A stretch of DNA of 64,000 bases from Octopus sinensis (GCF_006345805.1 NW_021832412.1:1-64000); one strand, 5' to 3'. Positions 1-13,720 are shown, counted from the first letter of the stretch. A program made the numbers and translations. The notes: a model not told the origin generated them from the sequence alone.

Positions 1-386
1 GGAAACATATTGTCTTATGCAAGCTGTGTGTTTTATACACACATACACACACACACACCACACACACACACATATAGTGATATTGAACAATGAGAATGGG
101 TACTCAATATCACATTGGTGGAAAAATATTTTTTGTTTGTGGGTGAAAAAGGCTTCTATTGGTTTCATGCTGAGAGTTTTCATGCCGAGAGCCTTCATTC
201 AGTGTGAAACCAATGGTTGCCTTGTTAGCCCGCAAATAAAGAGAAAAAAAGTACTGATACATACATATGCCTATATAATGTGTACATATAAATATTTACA
301 TATATGCATATATAATACATACATATGTATATATATATGTGTGTGTGTGTGTGTGTTTGTGTATGTATTTATATATGACAATTTAG

Positions 387-466
387 GCGTGGAAGGTGTT
401 TATAACCCATTTAAAAAAAGACATAAAAACCGTTAGATTTAAATGGCTTATAAACACGTTCCACGC
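387..466. repeat. 29-bp inverted repeat (fold-back) between microsatellites
   Basis: gcgtggaaggtgtttataacccatttaaa (387-415) vs tttaaatggcttataaacacgttccacgc (438-466), 2 mismatches. Confidence 0.85.
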
Positions 467-529
467 TGCAAATATTTTGTTCCAGCACACGATCTCAGTT
501 CAAGTCCACTCACTATACAAGTACATCTC

Positions 530-660
<131 letters not shown>

Positions 661-1640
661 TTATGTATGTATGTATGTATGTATGTATATATAAGTGTGT
701 GTGTATGGTGTGTGTGTGTGTGCCGGAAAGGTGTATAAACAATTCTGCTTGAATGGAATTTTTGTTACATCTCTGATACCCAAGATTTCCTGCTGACAAA
801 AAAGAAAAAAACATTTTCCAATCAGAATTCAAAAGAAGAAAGAAGAGTACAAACGACACACTCCACCAGTAACGCTGACCGAACGTGGCGTTACGTACCG
901 AAGAATTAAGAAAAAAAAATTCTATTTAAACTCTATGTGTATATATGGGTGGCTGTTTTGTTTGGAAATTCTGTCTGGAACCGTCGCAATCTGGCTGTTT
1001 CTCTTTCATGTCTTAGTTGGGTTTTTTTTTCGTTTATTAGGTGTTTGTTGCTAGTTTTTTTTTCTTTTACTTCAAACAACTGACCACCATCGATTATTTC
1101 ATTTACTCACGTCAGGTGATTCCTTTCCGCTTTTTTTCCTTTTTCTTCGGCACACAACTATAATCGGCAGAGCGCACTCAAAATATACCATATGATGCTC
1201 AAGTTACTTTTCCTCGACGTTCTTACTTCAAACACGGAACCGCACTAAATTCCCTCTTTCATCCCCTTTGGGATCGATAAAACAGCACCCGTCAACAAAC
1301 GGCTCTAGAATTAATCGATTAAATCTTTATTCTAAAATCGCTGGCTTTGTACGATTGACAACAGTCATTATGCGTAATTATTCAATATCATTTAAACCCA
1401 CGATTATTGTATATTTTTTATATCAAATGATGTATATGCTCTGTATCATTTCTATCATTAATCATTTGTATTCATTTATTTTCTTTCATCCGTCATTACT
1501 AGGATTTTTATGTTACATTTCTTCACTACTACTACCACCTCAACTACTGCTGGGTGCGGTTGCTGCGTTGCTGTTACTACAACAACAACAACAACAACTA
1601 ATACTACTACTACTTACTACACTATACTACTACTACTATT

Positions 1641-1857
1641 CTTCTCTGCTCTGGGCACAAGGTCCGAATTTTGGGGGTAAGAGGCTAGTCGATTAGATCG
1701 ACTCCAGTACGCAAACTGGTACTTAATTTTATCGACCTCGAAAAGATGAACGGCAAAGTCGACCTCGGGGAATTTGAATCAGAACAACGTGTAAAGACAG
1801 ACAATACTGCTAAGCATTTCGCCCGGCGTGCTAACGTTTCTGCCAGTTCGCCGCCTT
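1641..1857 (-). mobile_element. tRNA-derived SINE family A (Meta-domain-like core)
   Basis: Reverse complement of GGCGGCGAGCTGGCAGAAACGTTAGCACGCCGG...GCCTTTCATCCTTTCGGGGTCGATAAATTAAGTACCAG. More than 15 copies in the window. Confidence 0.85.
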
Positions 1858-1985
1858 CAACTACTACTACTACTACTACTACTACTAATACTACTACTAA
1901 TACTACTACTACTACTGCTACTGCTACTACTACTACTACTACTACACTACTACTAATACTACTACTGTTGCTGCTGCTGCTGCTG

Positions 1986-2022
<37 letters not shown>

Positions 2023-2204
2023 GGTTACTTGTCCGTCTTGGCTTCTCTTTTTTTATCGTTTTTCGTGCTGTTTTTAACGTTTGGCTATTCACACATTTGC
2101 TGACTTAACAGACTTTTCTTAACACCCTTGAAAACAAAATGGTACTCTCGTTCTGTTCGTGTATAACTATTTGTAGTATTTTCACATCATTTCTTACTAG
2201 AGAA

Positions 2205-2650
2205 AGGCGGTGAGCTGGCAGAATCGTTAGCACACCGTCTGTCCGTTTGCCGCTACGTTCTGAGTTCAAATTCCGCTGAAGTCGACGTTGCCTTTCATCC
2301 TTTCGTGGTCGACAAAATAAGTACCTATTTCTTTACTACCCACAAGGGGCTAAACACAGAGGGGACAAACAAGGACAGACATAGGTATTAAGTCGATTAC
2401 ATCGACCCCAGTGCGTAACTGGTACTTATTTAATCGACACCGAAAGGATGAAAGGCAAAGTCGACCTCGGCGGAATTTGAACTCAGAACGTAACGGCAGA
2501 CGAAATACTGCTAAGCATTTCGCCCGTCGTGCTAACGTTTCTGCCAGCTCGCCGCCAAGTACCAGTTGCTCACTGGGGTTGATATAATCGACTAGCTCCC
2601 TTCCATTCCAAAATTTTGAAGTCCTTGTGCCTAAATGTAGAAATAATTAT
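2205..2650 (+). mobile_element. SINE family A host copy with TSD ttactagaga
   Basis: Head aaggcggtgagctggcagaatcgttag. Split by the nested copy at 2326-2556. Confidence 0.85.
2326..2556 (-). mobile_element. SINE family A (young, long-tail) nested antisense in another copy
   Basis: Full-length, TSD aagtacc (2319-2325 / 2557-2563). Confidence 0.9.
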
Positions 2651-3143
2651 ATATTACTAGAGATCAACACTAGACATTCCCTAAATATTTCCCAGCTGCC
2701 CAAAGCCCTCTCATCTCTCTACCCACGATACATTATATTTTACCTGAGTCCGATTCCCCATAGTTTATAATAACTGCAGTAATTAACTTGTCTTGTTCTA
2801 CTCTTTCTCTCTCTCTATTTACTCTGTTCCTACTTTATTCAGCATCAGTTACAACATAACCATGACTTAGTAATGATTACCGCATCAATATTGATGTCTC
2901 TTATCTTATGTTACTTTCGTTTCGTAATTATCTTCGTTTTGAGCATTGATATTTTGTGTCTATAAGATTCCCTCCAAGCCTTGTCTTCTATCTATAAATA
3001 TTGTACACCGTCTGCTTCATTAAAGTCTAATGTATGTCTTTGCTTGGTCTAATTCTCGTTTCTCTCTTTGATGTAACGAATTGTTACTATTATCATTAGT
3101 AGTAGTAGTTATTAGTATTATTATTAGTATTAGTATTATCATA

Positions 3144-3525
3144 GCGGCGAGTTGGCAGAAACGTTAGCACGCCGGGCGAAATACTTAGCGGTATTTCGTC
3201 TGCCGCTACGTTCTGAGTTCAAATTCCGCCGAGGTCGACTTTGCCTTTCATCCTTTCTGGGTCGATTAAATAAGTACCAGTTACGCACTGGGGTCGATAT
3301 AATCGACTTAATCCGTTTTTCTGTCCCTGTTTGCCCTCTCTGTGTTTAGCCCCTTGTGGCTAGTAAAGAAATAGGTATTTCGTCTGCCGCTACGTTCTGA
3401 GTTCAAATGCCACCGAGCTCGCCTTTGCCTTTCATCCTTCATCCAAATTACGTACTAGTGTCAATCTAATCGACGGGTCCCACCCCCAGAATTTCGGGCC
3501 TTGTGCCTATCGTAGAAAGATTATT
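3144..3525 (+). mobile_element. SINE family A young copy followed by the 3' part of an older copy
   Basis: Full copy 3144-3373, then ggtatttcgtctgccgctacgttctgag restarts. Confidence 0.88.
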
Positions 3526-3649
3526 ATTAATACATGCATACACACACACTTACATATACACATACATACATAAACACACATACATACATACATTCATACA
3601 TGGTGGTGGTGCTTGTGGTGGTGGTGGTGGTGATGATGATGATGATGTA

Positions 3650-4200
3650 GTCCCAGACATTGGCTCTAATGGCTCTTGATCTTAACTGATTGGAAGTCTT
3701 ATCATGTACGTTTTGTCTTAGTATAAAAGATGGATTACAGCAAATATTCTGCTCAATACAACAGATTTGCTCGTCAGTTGTTTGACCATAACCAGTTGAG
3801 CATGTCCCTTAGTGGCTGACGATATGTGCATCTCTGATCACGAGCAGAAGAAGTGGGGGAGCATCAGAGCCATGTGTTGAGAGGAAATTCTTTGGGGTTT
3901 GGATAATCCACCTTTGTAAACATGGGTGTCTTGTTCAACATCCTTAAACGACCCTTATTCAGGGACCTTTTGAGCGAGATGGGCTACTCGACCTGAAGAA
4001 AATTCTGAGCAACACCTGCAAATTCATGTACCGCCTATATTGATATGAGATCTCCATGTCGCGCAAACATGGTTGTGATGCATCTTCCTGGTGTACCCTT
4101 ATCAGACCAGTAGTCATGATGGGTATACCCCAGTATACCTATATATTTTATCCCAGTGTCACTTTGATGGCGTGCACTGCTCTCTCACTCAATGATAATA
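3650..4200 (+). mobile_element. ~550-bp non-coding interspersed repeat (family E) ending in an AAT tail
   Basis: Homologous to 45959-46490 (-), 46869-47073 (-) and 53122-53350 (+). Confidence 0.85.
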
Positions 4201-4410
4201 CCACTGCTTTTGTTGTTTTTCTCATTACTACCATCTTTGTTATGATTGTTTAACGTTTGTTATTTTCTTCAAATATTTTGTATAACTGTAAATTAAGTTT
4301 TCAAACCATTGATTTGTCGTTTTCAATAACCTTCTTATTCATGAGTTTGGTTGTATGTATGTATGCATGTAGTATGTGTATGTATGCATATATGTATATA
4401 TGAATGTATG

Positions 4411-4450
<40 letters not shown>

Positions 4451-4789
4451 TATATATATAGGTGTGTATGTATGTATGTGTTTGTATGTATGCATTAATA
4501 CGTATGTATGCATATATGTATATGTGAATGTGTGTTGTATATAAATATATCTACATACATAAATATATATATTATATAATGAGTGTATCTATGTATGTAA
4601 ATATGTATATGTGAATGTGTGTATGTATATATGTATGTACAGATATATATATATATATATATATATATAATGTATGTATGCAAATAAGCATTATTTATGT
4701 ACGTGTGTATGTGTGTGTGTGTATGCATATAGGTATGTAAGTTCACGTGTATGTGTATTTATGTATATACTACAGGACAAATGTCTGGA

Positions 4790-5549
4790 ATATTTCACAT
4801 TCCAGACATTTTTACAATTCCTTTAATACCAACTCGTCATCTCTTCTCTTCTTTCTGGTTTAGTAAAGCCTAGATTTTCAAGATCGACTCCAATGTATGT
4901 CTTCTAAATTATAGTCTTGCTTTACGGTCTACAGATTTCTGATTAGTTCGGCGTAGATAATTCTTTTAATTTCATCTTTAAGACTATCTTATGTCTTTTA
5001 GACGACCGATTTCTCTTACTAAGGTAACTTTTATTTCTCTATCCTAAATCATTATGTCTGACTTATTAGGCCTTTGTTTTCAGTCGTTAACATAGAAACG
5101 TCCTACCAGTATCTTCATATATATATATATATATACACGTGTGTGTGTCTATTTAAATTGCAGTAGTGCCCAACACCTTGAATAAAACTGCAAACCTTCT
5201 TAACCAGATGAACAAACTGGACGCAAATGTAAACCACATTGTAAGTTGTCCGTGCAGCAGAAACACGTGTCGGACAACTTTAAATTATATATGATATTAT
5301 ATATATATATATTTATATATATATATATATATATATATTACTTTATTAAAGCCGCAGAAAATTCAACAAAACCTGTTACTCTGAGATTCACGTTGAAAAT
5401 CATAGTAACAGGTTGTTGTTGAACTTTTCTGCTGAAAAATTAAATAAAGCTGTTACCTACCACTGGTATTTGAGTACTCTTTTTTTTCCCCCTTGTTTAA
5501 CATTTATTGTTTACTCCGGTATTATATATATATTATATATATATATATC

Positions 5550-5580
<31 letters not shown>

Positions 5581-5950
5581 CTATATATATATATCTATAT
5601 ATATATATATTATATATATATATATATATTATATATATATATTATTGGTCCTTATGCTCTCTCTGCTTGGCTGTTACTGCTTATGTTTTATTTTCATGTC
5701 CATCCTTCCAACTGATTGCATTCGATGTGTTTTGGTTATTCATCAAACATCAATGTCTGACATCATCCATTCAATATTTTCCGACAGCTGCTTATAATAT
5801 CCGTCATTATTAATTCCACAGTTTGTTTTGGTGGCCCAACATATGCATTGTGTCTGCTTCTCTTTTCCTTTTCTACAGCAGGTAGATCGTTTTTATTTCT
5901 AGTTCCTAGATAGCAAAAGCATGTCCTTCAAAATGGAAGCTAATATATAA
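4790..5950 (-). mobile_element. Decayed R4/Dong-type LINE 3' end (Zn finger, RHD, RLE)
   Basis: Minus-strand fragments in the expected order: SHFEGHAFAI*E, IISSC, VRH...ARTTYNV, YW*DVSM...NKSDIMI*DRE...YAELIRNL. Many stops and frameshifts, interrupted by (TA)n. Confidence 0.65.
5341..5449. repeat. Imperfect ~45-bp inverted repeat inside (TA)n
   Basis: gcagaaaattcaacaaaacctgttact vs agtaacaggttgttgttgaacttttctgc. Confidence 0.8.
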
Positions 5951-6049
5951 CAGTTCTTGGTACCGGGTAGACATTTTGTTTCCTTGTATAACAGTCATGA
6001 ATATTTTCTGGGAAGCTCCTTTGACTTCCACGATTTTGATGGCTTGTTA

Positions 6050-6297
6050 GAGAAAGAGAGATAAGAGAATTAGACCAAGCCCAGATATACATTAGACATT
6101 AATGAAGCAGACAGTGTATAATATTTATAAATAGAAGACAAGGCTTGGAGGGAATCTTACAGACACATAATACCAATTCCCAAAACGAAGATAATTACGA
6201 AACGAAAGTAAGATAAGAGACATCAATATTGATACTGTAATCATACTAAGTCATGGTTATGTTGTAACTGAAGCTGAATAAAGTAGGAACAGAGTAA

Positions 6298-6376
<79 letters not shown>

Positions 6377-6590
6377 GTGAAACAAGACAAGTTAATTACT
6401 GCAGTTATTATACACTGCCTACAATCCAACACAGATAAATTATATTTCTGATGAATACAGAGATGAAAGGGCTTTGGACACCTGGGAGATATTTACAAAA
6501 TAGCTGGTGTAGATATCTAGTGAGGAATAAATGGGGAAATAATACAAATTATACGATTTAGAAAAAATGACAACTTCATTTTGTTTTCAT
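6050..6590 (+). mobile_element. Decayed R4/Dong-type LINE RT C-terminal region
   Basis: Fragments EADSV*YL*IED and SNTDKLYF...GHLGDIYKIA. Inverted copy at 2130-3070. Confidence 0.55.
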
Positions 6591-6644
6591 TGAAGCTAAA
6601 CAAGTGTCGTTTGATGACAATTGATACAAACATATGTAGAAACA

Positions 6645-7063
6645 AGCAGTAGTGGCTGTGTGGTAAGTAGCTTGCTAACCAACCACATGGTTCCGGGTTC
6701 AGTCCACTGAGGGATCTGGGAAGGGTCTTCTGATGCTAGGGCCTCGGCACCTAGGGGAGGGACCAATGCCTTGTGAGTGGATTTGGTAGAACGGAAACTG
6801 AAAGAAGCCTGTCGTATATATATATATGTATGTGTGTGTGTGTGTGTGTGTCTGGTTGTCCCCCTAGCATTGCTTGACAACCGATGCTGATGTGTTTTAC
6901 GTCCCCGTCACTTAGCGGTTCGGCAAAAAGAGGACCGATAGAATAAGTACTGGGCTTACAAAGAATAAGTCCCGGGGTCGATTTACTCGACTAAAGGCGG
7001 TGCTCCAGCATGGCCGCAGTCAAATGACTGAAACAAGTAAAAGAGTAAAAAAGAGTAAAGAGT
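6645..7063 (+). mobile_element. tRNA-derived SINE family B (CORE-like, internal TA/TG microsatellite, gtaaaaga tail)
   Basis: A box tggctgtgtggtaag, B box ggttcagtccc, 3' gcggtgctccagcatggccgcagtc. Confidence 0.88.
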
Positions 7064-7734
7064 ATAAAAAAAGGTGGGGGGAACTAAGACGGAAAGAGGA
7101 AGCGCTGAATTTTCGGTCGATGCTCAGAAAATTCTTTACATGAACAATATCAGACTGAGCTAAACAACGGCTGTGGACAAAGGGACATCGCTCAATATCT
7201 GTGTGATTCTTGTTTGCGCTTCGACATTGAGAGCTTAATAAATGTTGTCGAAGGCATACGATGTGAACATGCAGTGGCTGTTGGGATTGATGTTATACTT
7301 CTGCCTCCTTGTTTCGTTTTAAGTGGAACCTCTCAGTATCACTGTCTAAGAATATTCTGGCGGTTGTTAATAATCAATGGTTCGAATCTCCTTTAGCGTC
7401 CAATCGAATTCGCCAAATATCAGTATGAACAGTGATATATCAAACGTCATACAGCCATGTGAATGTCATGTGTCCTTCTGGTACAGAGCAAGGTCTGTCA
7501 GGCAGTTGATATGTTAGGAAGGAACCCAAATTATTTCGTTTATAAAACCCTTCAAGTATTTATATTATTCTCTCTCCTCACTCATGAAACATTTAAAACC
7601 ATGTTTATCATTTACAATGTTGCCTTTTGAGGTTGATATTGTATCCAGTTATGCTGTTTGTAATGATTTTCCGCTTGGTAAATTCAAGATTGAAACAAGT
7701 ATCACTACCATCTTCAATAAAAATGGTGGTTCTC

Positions 7735-7784
<50 letters not shown>

Positions 7785-9327
7785 TGTGTGTGGTGTATTT
7801 GTGTGTAAACAGAAGATTCTGAGGCATTCGAATGTCCCGTGACACTGTGGATCAGCACCTTGAAAGTTCTTCTCCAAAATGTAGACCAAGACAAGGTTAT
7901 TTTATAGAAGGCCAGAAGCTGTCCACACATGCCAGTCTCCCCTCTCCAATCCCCCAATATTGCACAAGAAAAATGGAAAGACCGAAGCAAATTAACACCA
8001 ACGCTGGTCTTTATTGTCGAAAAGTTAAAAAAAAAACGGATTAAAATACCATAAAAATAGAACGGACATCGGCAACATTTGAACTAGCGGCGCGTTGGTC
8101 GCAACTAACACCGCAATACAACCGATCGAACGCTCTACTAATTTTGCCAATTCGCTGTTCTACGGTCAATGCTAATAACAAATTTGTTTAACACGGTTGA
8201 TAATATTACTGGTTGATAATTGCAGACAGGGAAATCTCTGAGAATCATTCCAAGATTAGCAGCTGTCTGTTCACACCAAATATATATTTGTTCAATTCTT
8301 ATGTATGTATGTATGTACTAATGGATATAGTTATATTTGTATGTAAATATATATATATATGTATATATATACAATATATAATATATTATATATATTATAT
8401 ATATATATGATATGTGTGTGTGGGGTGTGTGTGTTATGTATCTAGTATTTATGTACTTATTCTATCTATCTATCTATCTATCTATATATATATATATATT
8501 ATGATAATATGTATATATATATATATATATAATATATATATATGTCTCTATGTAATTATATGTTTGTGACCTGTATATATGTATGTATATATGTATGTTT
8601 GTGAGTGTGCATGTATATATATATATATGTGTGTGTGTATGTGTGTGTGTGTATGCATATATGTATAAATGTATGTACGTATGTACGTATGTATGCTTGT
8701 ATCTAGATAGGTATGCTTGTATGCATAAGAATGTATGTATACAAGTATGTATATACATGTGTGTTCGTGTGTGTATGTGTGTCTAAGTAGGTATGCATGT
8801 ATATATGTGTGCATATATTTACGCATGTGTATGTGTGTATACGCTTGTATGTATTCGTGTGTTAAACATGAAACCTTACATGTATCTGTATAGAAAATTC
8901 TTGTTGTTTTGTAATTAATATCTTTCAATTAGCAGCAAGATTTTATCATGCTCTTAGGAATAAGAGAAAAAAAAAACAAGATTTGATAAAAAAATATTAA
9001 AAAAAAATATACAATGATAAAAACAAAATACGAAGGAAAAAATTATTACTTAAGTGTAAAATTAAAACTACAACATTAATGTAACAAAAATAAAGCGCGT
9101 GATAAATGTCTTTGGAAGAATCACGTGAGACTGGAAGTGTTTTTGCGAAGGAATATATATATATATATTTGCTGAAAGAAAACTAAGAGACTGTTATCAA
9201 AATAATCGATGATAGGAAAATATGGAATGCGGTTGGTGCCTGGAGGGGAGCTAGAAATCAAAATAAGATAAACAAGAAGCTAATAATAATAATAATAATA
9301 ACGATGGTGATGGTGATGATGATGTTG

Positions 9328-9388
<61 letters not shown>

Positions 9389-9426
9389 GATGAGGCTGAG
9401 GATGATGATGATAACAGCAACAAAAC

Positions 9427-9479
<53 letters not shown>

Positions 9480-9488
9480 TAATAATAG

Positions 9489-10140
9489 TAAGTGCAGAAT
9501 CTGTGGACAAAATGGTGAAACCGTATGGCATATTACCAGCCAATGTACGCCACTACCCCCAGAAAGAATATAAGAGACGTCATGACAATATAGCAAGGAT
9601 TGTCCATTGGACACTTTGCAACAAGTATGGACTTGAAAGAGCAAAAAAGTGGCACGAACATAAACCCGAAGGCATCATTGAAACTGATAATGCAAAGATG
9701 CTATGGGATTTTATGATTCAGTGCGACCATGAGACAGAGAATAGGAAGCCAGACATAGTGATAATTGAGAAAGAAAGCAAACTGTGCTGGATTATAGATA
9801 TAGCGTGCCCAGCTGACAACAAGGTATACGATAAGGAAGAAAGAAAAGTCGATAGAAATGACAGGTTAGCTTTGGAAGTTAAGTAGCTGTGGTCGACGAA
9901 AAAGGTAGTGGTAGTTCCAATAATTGTCGGAGCCCTGGGAAGAGTGGGTAAAAATCTTGAGAAGTACATGGAACAAATAGGGGCTGCAATAAGGGTGGAG
10001 CACTTGCAGAAAACAGCACTGCTTGGAACCGTTCGAATACTTTGGAAGGTGCTCGAAAAATAAGAGGTGTTACCTTAGGCCACTGGTACTGAACAGCTGA
10101 CATCGTAGTACATCTCCAGCGTTAGAACCTGTGCAAAGGC
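9489..10140 (+). mobile_element. 5'-truncated R4/Dong-type RLE LINE (pseudogenised ORF 3' end)
   Basis: CRICGQNGETVWHITSQC (frameshift) YKRRHDNIARIVHW...LWDFMIQCD...RKPDIVII...IIDIACP...(stop) VVPIIVGALG...LLGTVRIL. The 5' junction abuts (AAT)n. Confidence 0.92.
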
Positions 10141-10265
10141 AATAAAATGAAGGATGAGGGGTCAATACAAAGACAGAATTAAAGTGTTGGGGCTTACATA
10201 TAATGAAATGATTTTAAAAATCCTTTCTGCTACAGGCACAAGGCCTGAAATTTTGGGTGAGTGAT

Positions 10266-10327
<62 letters not shown>

Positions 10328-10346
10328 TGATGATGATGATAACAAC

Positions 10347-10387
<41 letters not shown>

Positions 10388-10410
10388 TAATAGAAATAAT
10401 AATAATAGTT

Positions 10411-10620
10411 TCAAATTTTGGGCACTAGGCCGGCAATTTTAGAGGAGGGGCAAGTCGATTAAATCGATCCAATGATCAACTTATACTTAACTTATTGACT
10501 CCGAAAGGATGAAAGGCGAAGTCAATCTTGGCGGATTTTGAACTCAAAACGTAAGAACGGACAAAATGCTGTTAATTATATTGCTCGTTGCGGTAACGAT
10601 TCAGCTAGCTCGCCGCCTTA
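10411..10620 (-). mobile_element. SINE family A, older copy
   Basis: ccgaaaggatgaaaggcgaagtc core, in (AAT)n. Confidence 0.75.
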
Positions 10621-10669
10621 ATAATAATAAAGATGATGATGATGATGATGATGATGATAATAATAATAA

Positions 10670-10728
<59 letters not shown>

Positions 10729-10754
10729 TTGTCGTAGAAGTAGTAGTAGTAGTT

Positions 10755-10793
<39 letters not shown>

Positions 10794-11354
10794 ACAATAA
10801 GAAAATATCGATCGACCACCCCCCCCCTTTATATTGTTGTTGTTGAGTTTTTGCTGTTATTGTTGCTTGCGCATTTCATGGCCAAGAATTTTGTATAAAT
10901 GCTTCTAAATGAAAGTTTATCGCCAGAAACAGCAAAGTTTTACTTTAAAGTTTTCTTGCTTGAAGACAAATCACAAAAAAATCTTTAAATTTTTCTGTTG
11001 CAAATGAAATCCAAAATTTTAAAAAAACGTTTTCATTTTACCACCCCTTCCCCCCACCACATTAGTGAATTCCTTCTCGAAATAAAGACCTGCAAAAACT
11101 CATCTGTATGTGAATATATATATATATATAATATCCGAGTTTATATGATCGTGTATAGAAGAATATATTAATGGAATTGCAGCCTAGTCTGACTTTTACG
11201 TGGCAAATATACTTCACATTGTCGTGCAGTTACTGTTTATACCTCGTTCAGAGTTTTATTATGGCTTGTTTACACTTTTTCGAGATCAGTGACTTTTCGT
11301 CACTGGAAAAAGGATATATGTATTTGCATTGGGACCCCTTCGCATCGAAGACCG

Positions 11355-11413
11355 GTGATTGTCGTGCACTGACGACGGGTAAATATTCAGAAACCCGGGT
11401 ACGTGCGTATCAC
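11355..11413 (+). ncRNA. Minimal type I hammerhead ribozyme motif
   Basis: CTGACGA (11369-75), stem II gggta/tattc, GAAA, palindromic cccggg, TA. Stem I gtgat..cgtgc / gtgcg.atcac. Confidence 0.65.
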
Positions 11414-11568
11414 GTCAGGTCGACGATGGGAAGGCTGGCTTCCCTTTGCAAATACTGATAGGCAACAGAAAGTGTGTCAATAGCCAGCGGAAGATGTTCT
11501 CCTGGGGCTACAAGCTACAGTAGCATCCGCCCTTAGTAGTTAGCCACATTTAAGTGGCAAATATACTT

Positions 11569-11606
<38 letters not shown>

Positions 11607-11717
11607 ATATATATAATTATATATGAGTGTGTGTGTGTGTGTATGTATATATGTGCGTGTGTGTGTGTCTGCGTGTGTGCGTATGTGTGTGTGTATATAT
11701 ATATATATACACACTAT

Positions 11718-11872
11718 GAGTAGCTGTGTGGTAAGTACCTTGCTACCAACCACTTGGTTCCGGGTTCAGCCCCACTGCTTGGCATCTTAGGCAAGTCTCT
11801 TCTTCTATAACCTCGGGCCGACCAAAACCTTGAGAATGAATTTGGTAGACGGAAACTGAAAGAAGCTCGTCG

Positions 11873-11908
<36 letters not shown>

Positions 11909-12148
11909 TGTATGTATGTATGTATGTATATGTGCTTGTTTGTCTGTCTTTGTTCCCCCACCATCGCTTGACATCCGATGTTGGTGTGTTTATGTCCCCT
12001 TAACATATAGCGGTTCGGGAAAAGAAAAGCGATAGAATAAGTACTAGTCTTACAAAGAATAAGTCCTGGGCTCAGTTTGTTCGACTAAAAGGCGGTGCTA
12101 TAGCATGGCCGCAGTCAGTTGACTGAAAGAAATACAAGAATAAAAGAC
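11718..12148 (+). mobile_element. SINE family B
   Basis: Same head, body and tail as 6645-7063, with internal (TATG)n. Confidence 0.88.
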
Positions 12149-12815
12149 TATACAGCACACGGCAGCAGTAGCGCCAATCATTGACTAGGAATAAACGAAC
12201 TTTAGTTAAAATATATTTCGCATATTTTAACCTCTAAAAGAAAATTCATTGCATTTACCGTGGAGGAAAAAAATTTTGCTTATGGTTAAAAGATGTAAAA
12301 TTGCCATATGTGCCCAGTGCTTCCATCTAGAGGATTTCCAGACACGCATTTCTGACTCCCTATCCTTCGACAATGGGAAATAACGAAGAGAGATAACCCT
12401 GAGCAGATTCAAAACCGTAGCTTTAACTAAAAGATAGTCAATATCAGTGACTGAGCTGTGCTAGTGAACCGCCTGGTCGGAATAAAAATAGCAGCTTCGG
12501 CTATTTTTAGGCTGTTTAAGATATTTTTGTAATATTTTTTAACTTCTAAAGGCAAATTTACTGCAGTTACTGTGGAGAAAGAGTTCTCTTTTATTGTAAA
12601 ACGTATAAAAAAACGCCATACCTGCCCCGTGCTTCCCGCTAGTCGGCGGCGATGGTGGTAGTAATATTGCTAGTGCATTGGTGTTGGTGTTGGCAGCGGC
12701 GGCGGCAGTGGTGGTGGTGGTGGTATAGAGGTATAGCGGTAAAAAAAAATGCCCGTCGATTTCTAACAACGAATTTACTGCAACAACAACAACAACAATT
12801 ACTACTACTACGACG

Positions 12816-12856
<41 letters not shown>

Positions 12857-13220
12857 AGTACTGCTATGCTGCTAGTGTATTCAGAAATATATCTTTGTGT
12901 CGTGTGTCTGCTGAAGCTTGCAAAGAAAATAATAAAGAAATTAATAATAATATTAATAATAATAATAATGATGATGATGATAACAATAATAACAACAACA
13001 ACAACAACAACAATAATAATAATGGTTTCAAATTTTGGCACAAGGTCAGCAATTTCGGGAGAGTGGCTAAGTTGATTACATCGACCACTGCGCTCATCTG
13101 GTACTTATTCTATCAACTCTGGAAAATAAAAGACAAAGTCGCCCTCGGCAGAATTGGAACGGACGAAATGCTGCTAAGTATTTTGTCCGGTTTGATAACG
13201 ATTCTGCCTGCTCGCCGCCT

Positions 13221-13227
13221 TACTACA

Positions 13228-13272
<45 letters not shown>

Positions 13273-13274
13273 GC

Positions 13275-13318
<44 letters not shown>

Positions 13319-13720
13319 GTAACAACAACAACAATGATAGTAACAAGAAAAAGAAGAAGAAGAGGAAGAAGAAGAGATAGAAGAAGACAAAGAAGAGGAG
13401 GAAGAAGAAGATATGGAAGAAGAAGAAGAAGAAGAAGAAGAAGAAGAAGAGAAGAAGAAGAAGAGGAGGAAGAAGAAGAGATAGAAAGAGAAGAAGAAGA
13501 AGAAGAAGAAGAGAAAGAAGAGGAGGAAGAAGAAGAGATATAAGAATAAGAAGAAGAAGAAGAAAAAAAAAAAGAAGAGGAGGAGGAAGAAGAGATATAA
13601 GAATAAGAAGAAGAAGAGATAGAAGAAGAAGAAGAAAAAAAAGAAGAGGAGGAAGAAGAAGAAGAAGAAGAAGAAGAAGAAGAAGAAGAAGAAGAAGAAG
13701 AAGAAGAAGAAGAAGAAGAA
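13221..13720. repeat. Compound microsatellite (ACT)n/(AAT)n/(GAA)n
   Basis: Direct reading. Confidence 0.95.

Larger units (their letters stand above)
2130..3070 (-). mobile_element. Decayed R4/Dong-type LINE, RT C-terminal region (interrupted by SINEs)
   Basis: Inverted homologue of 6050-6590, which has remnants of DKLY...GDIYK motifs. Confidence 0.55.

Noticed and set aside
3152-3349. Recurring peptide LARRAK.LAVFRLPLRSEFKFRRGRLCLSSF in several ORFs
   Set aside because: Translation of SINE family A, not a protein family.
5164-5240. Apparent + strand exon (cag|..VPNTLNKTANLLNQMNKLDANVNHI|gtaagt) with a 10-bp hairpin over the donor
   Set aside because: The minus strand reads as the RH(D)..ARTTYNV segment of the surrounding decayed LINE, in the expected position. 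No ankyrin similarity.
5860-5890. Strong pyrimidine tract plus cag-CAG-gtagat (possible microexon or NAGNAG acceptor)
   Set aside because: Antisense of purine-rich LINE coding remnant, and the donor is weak.
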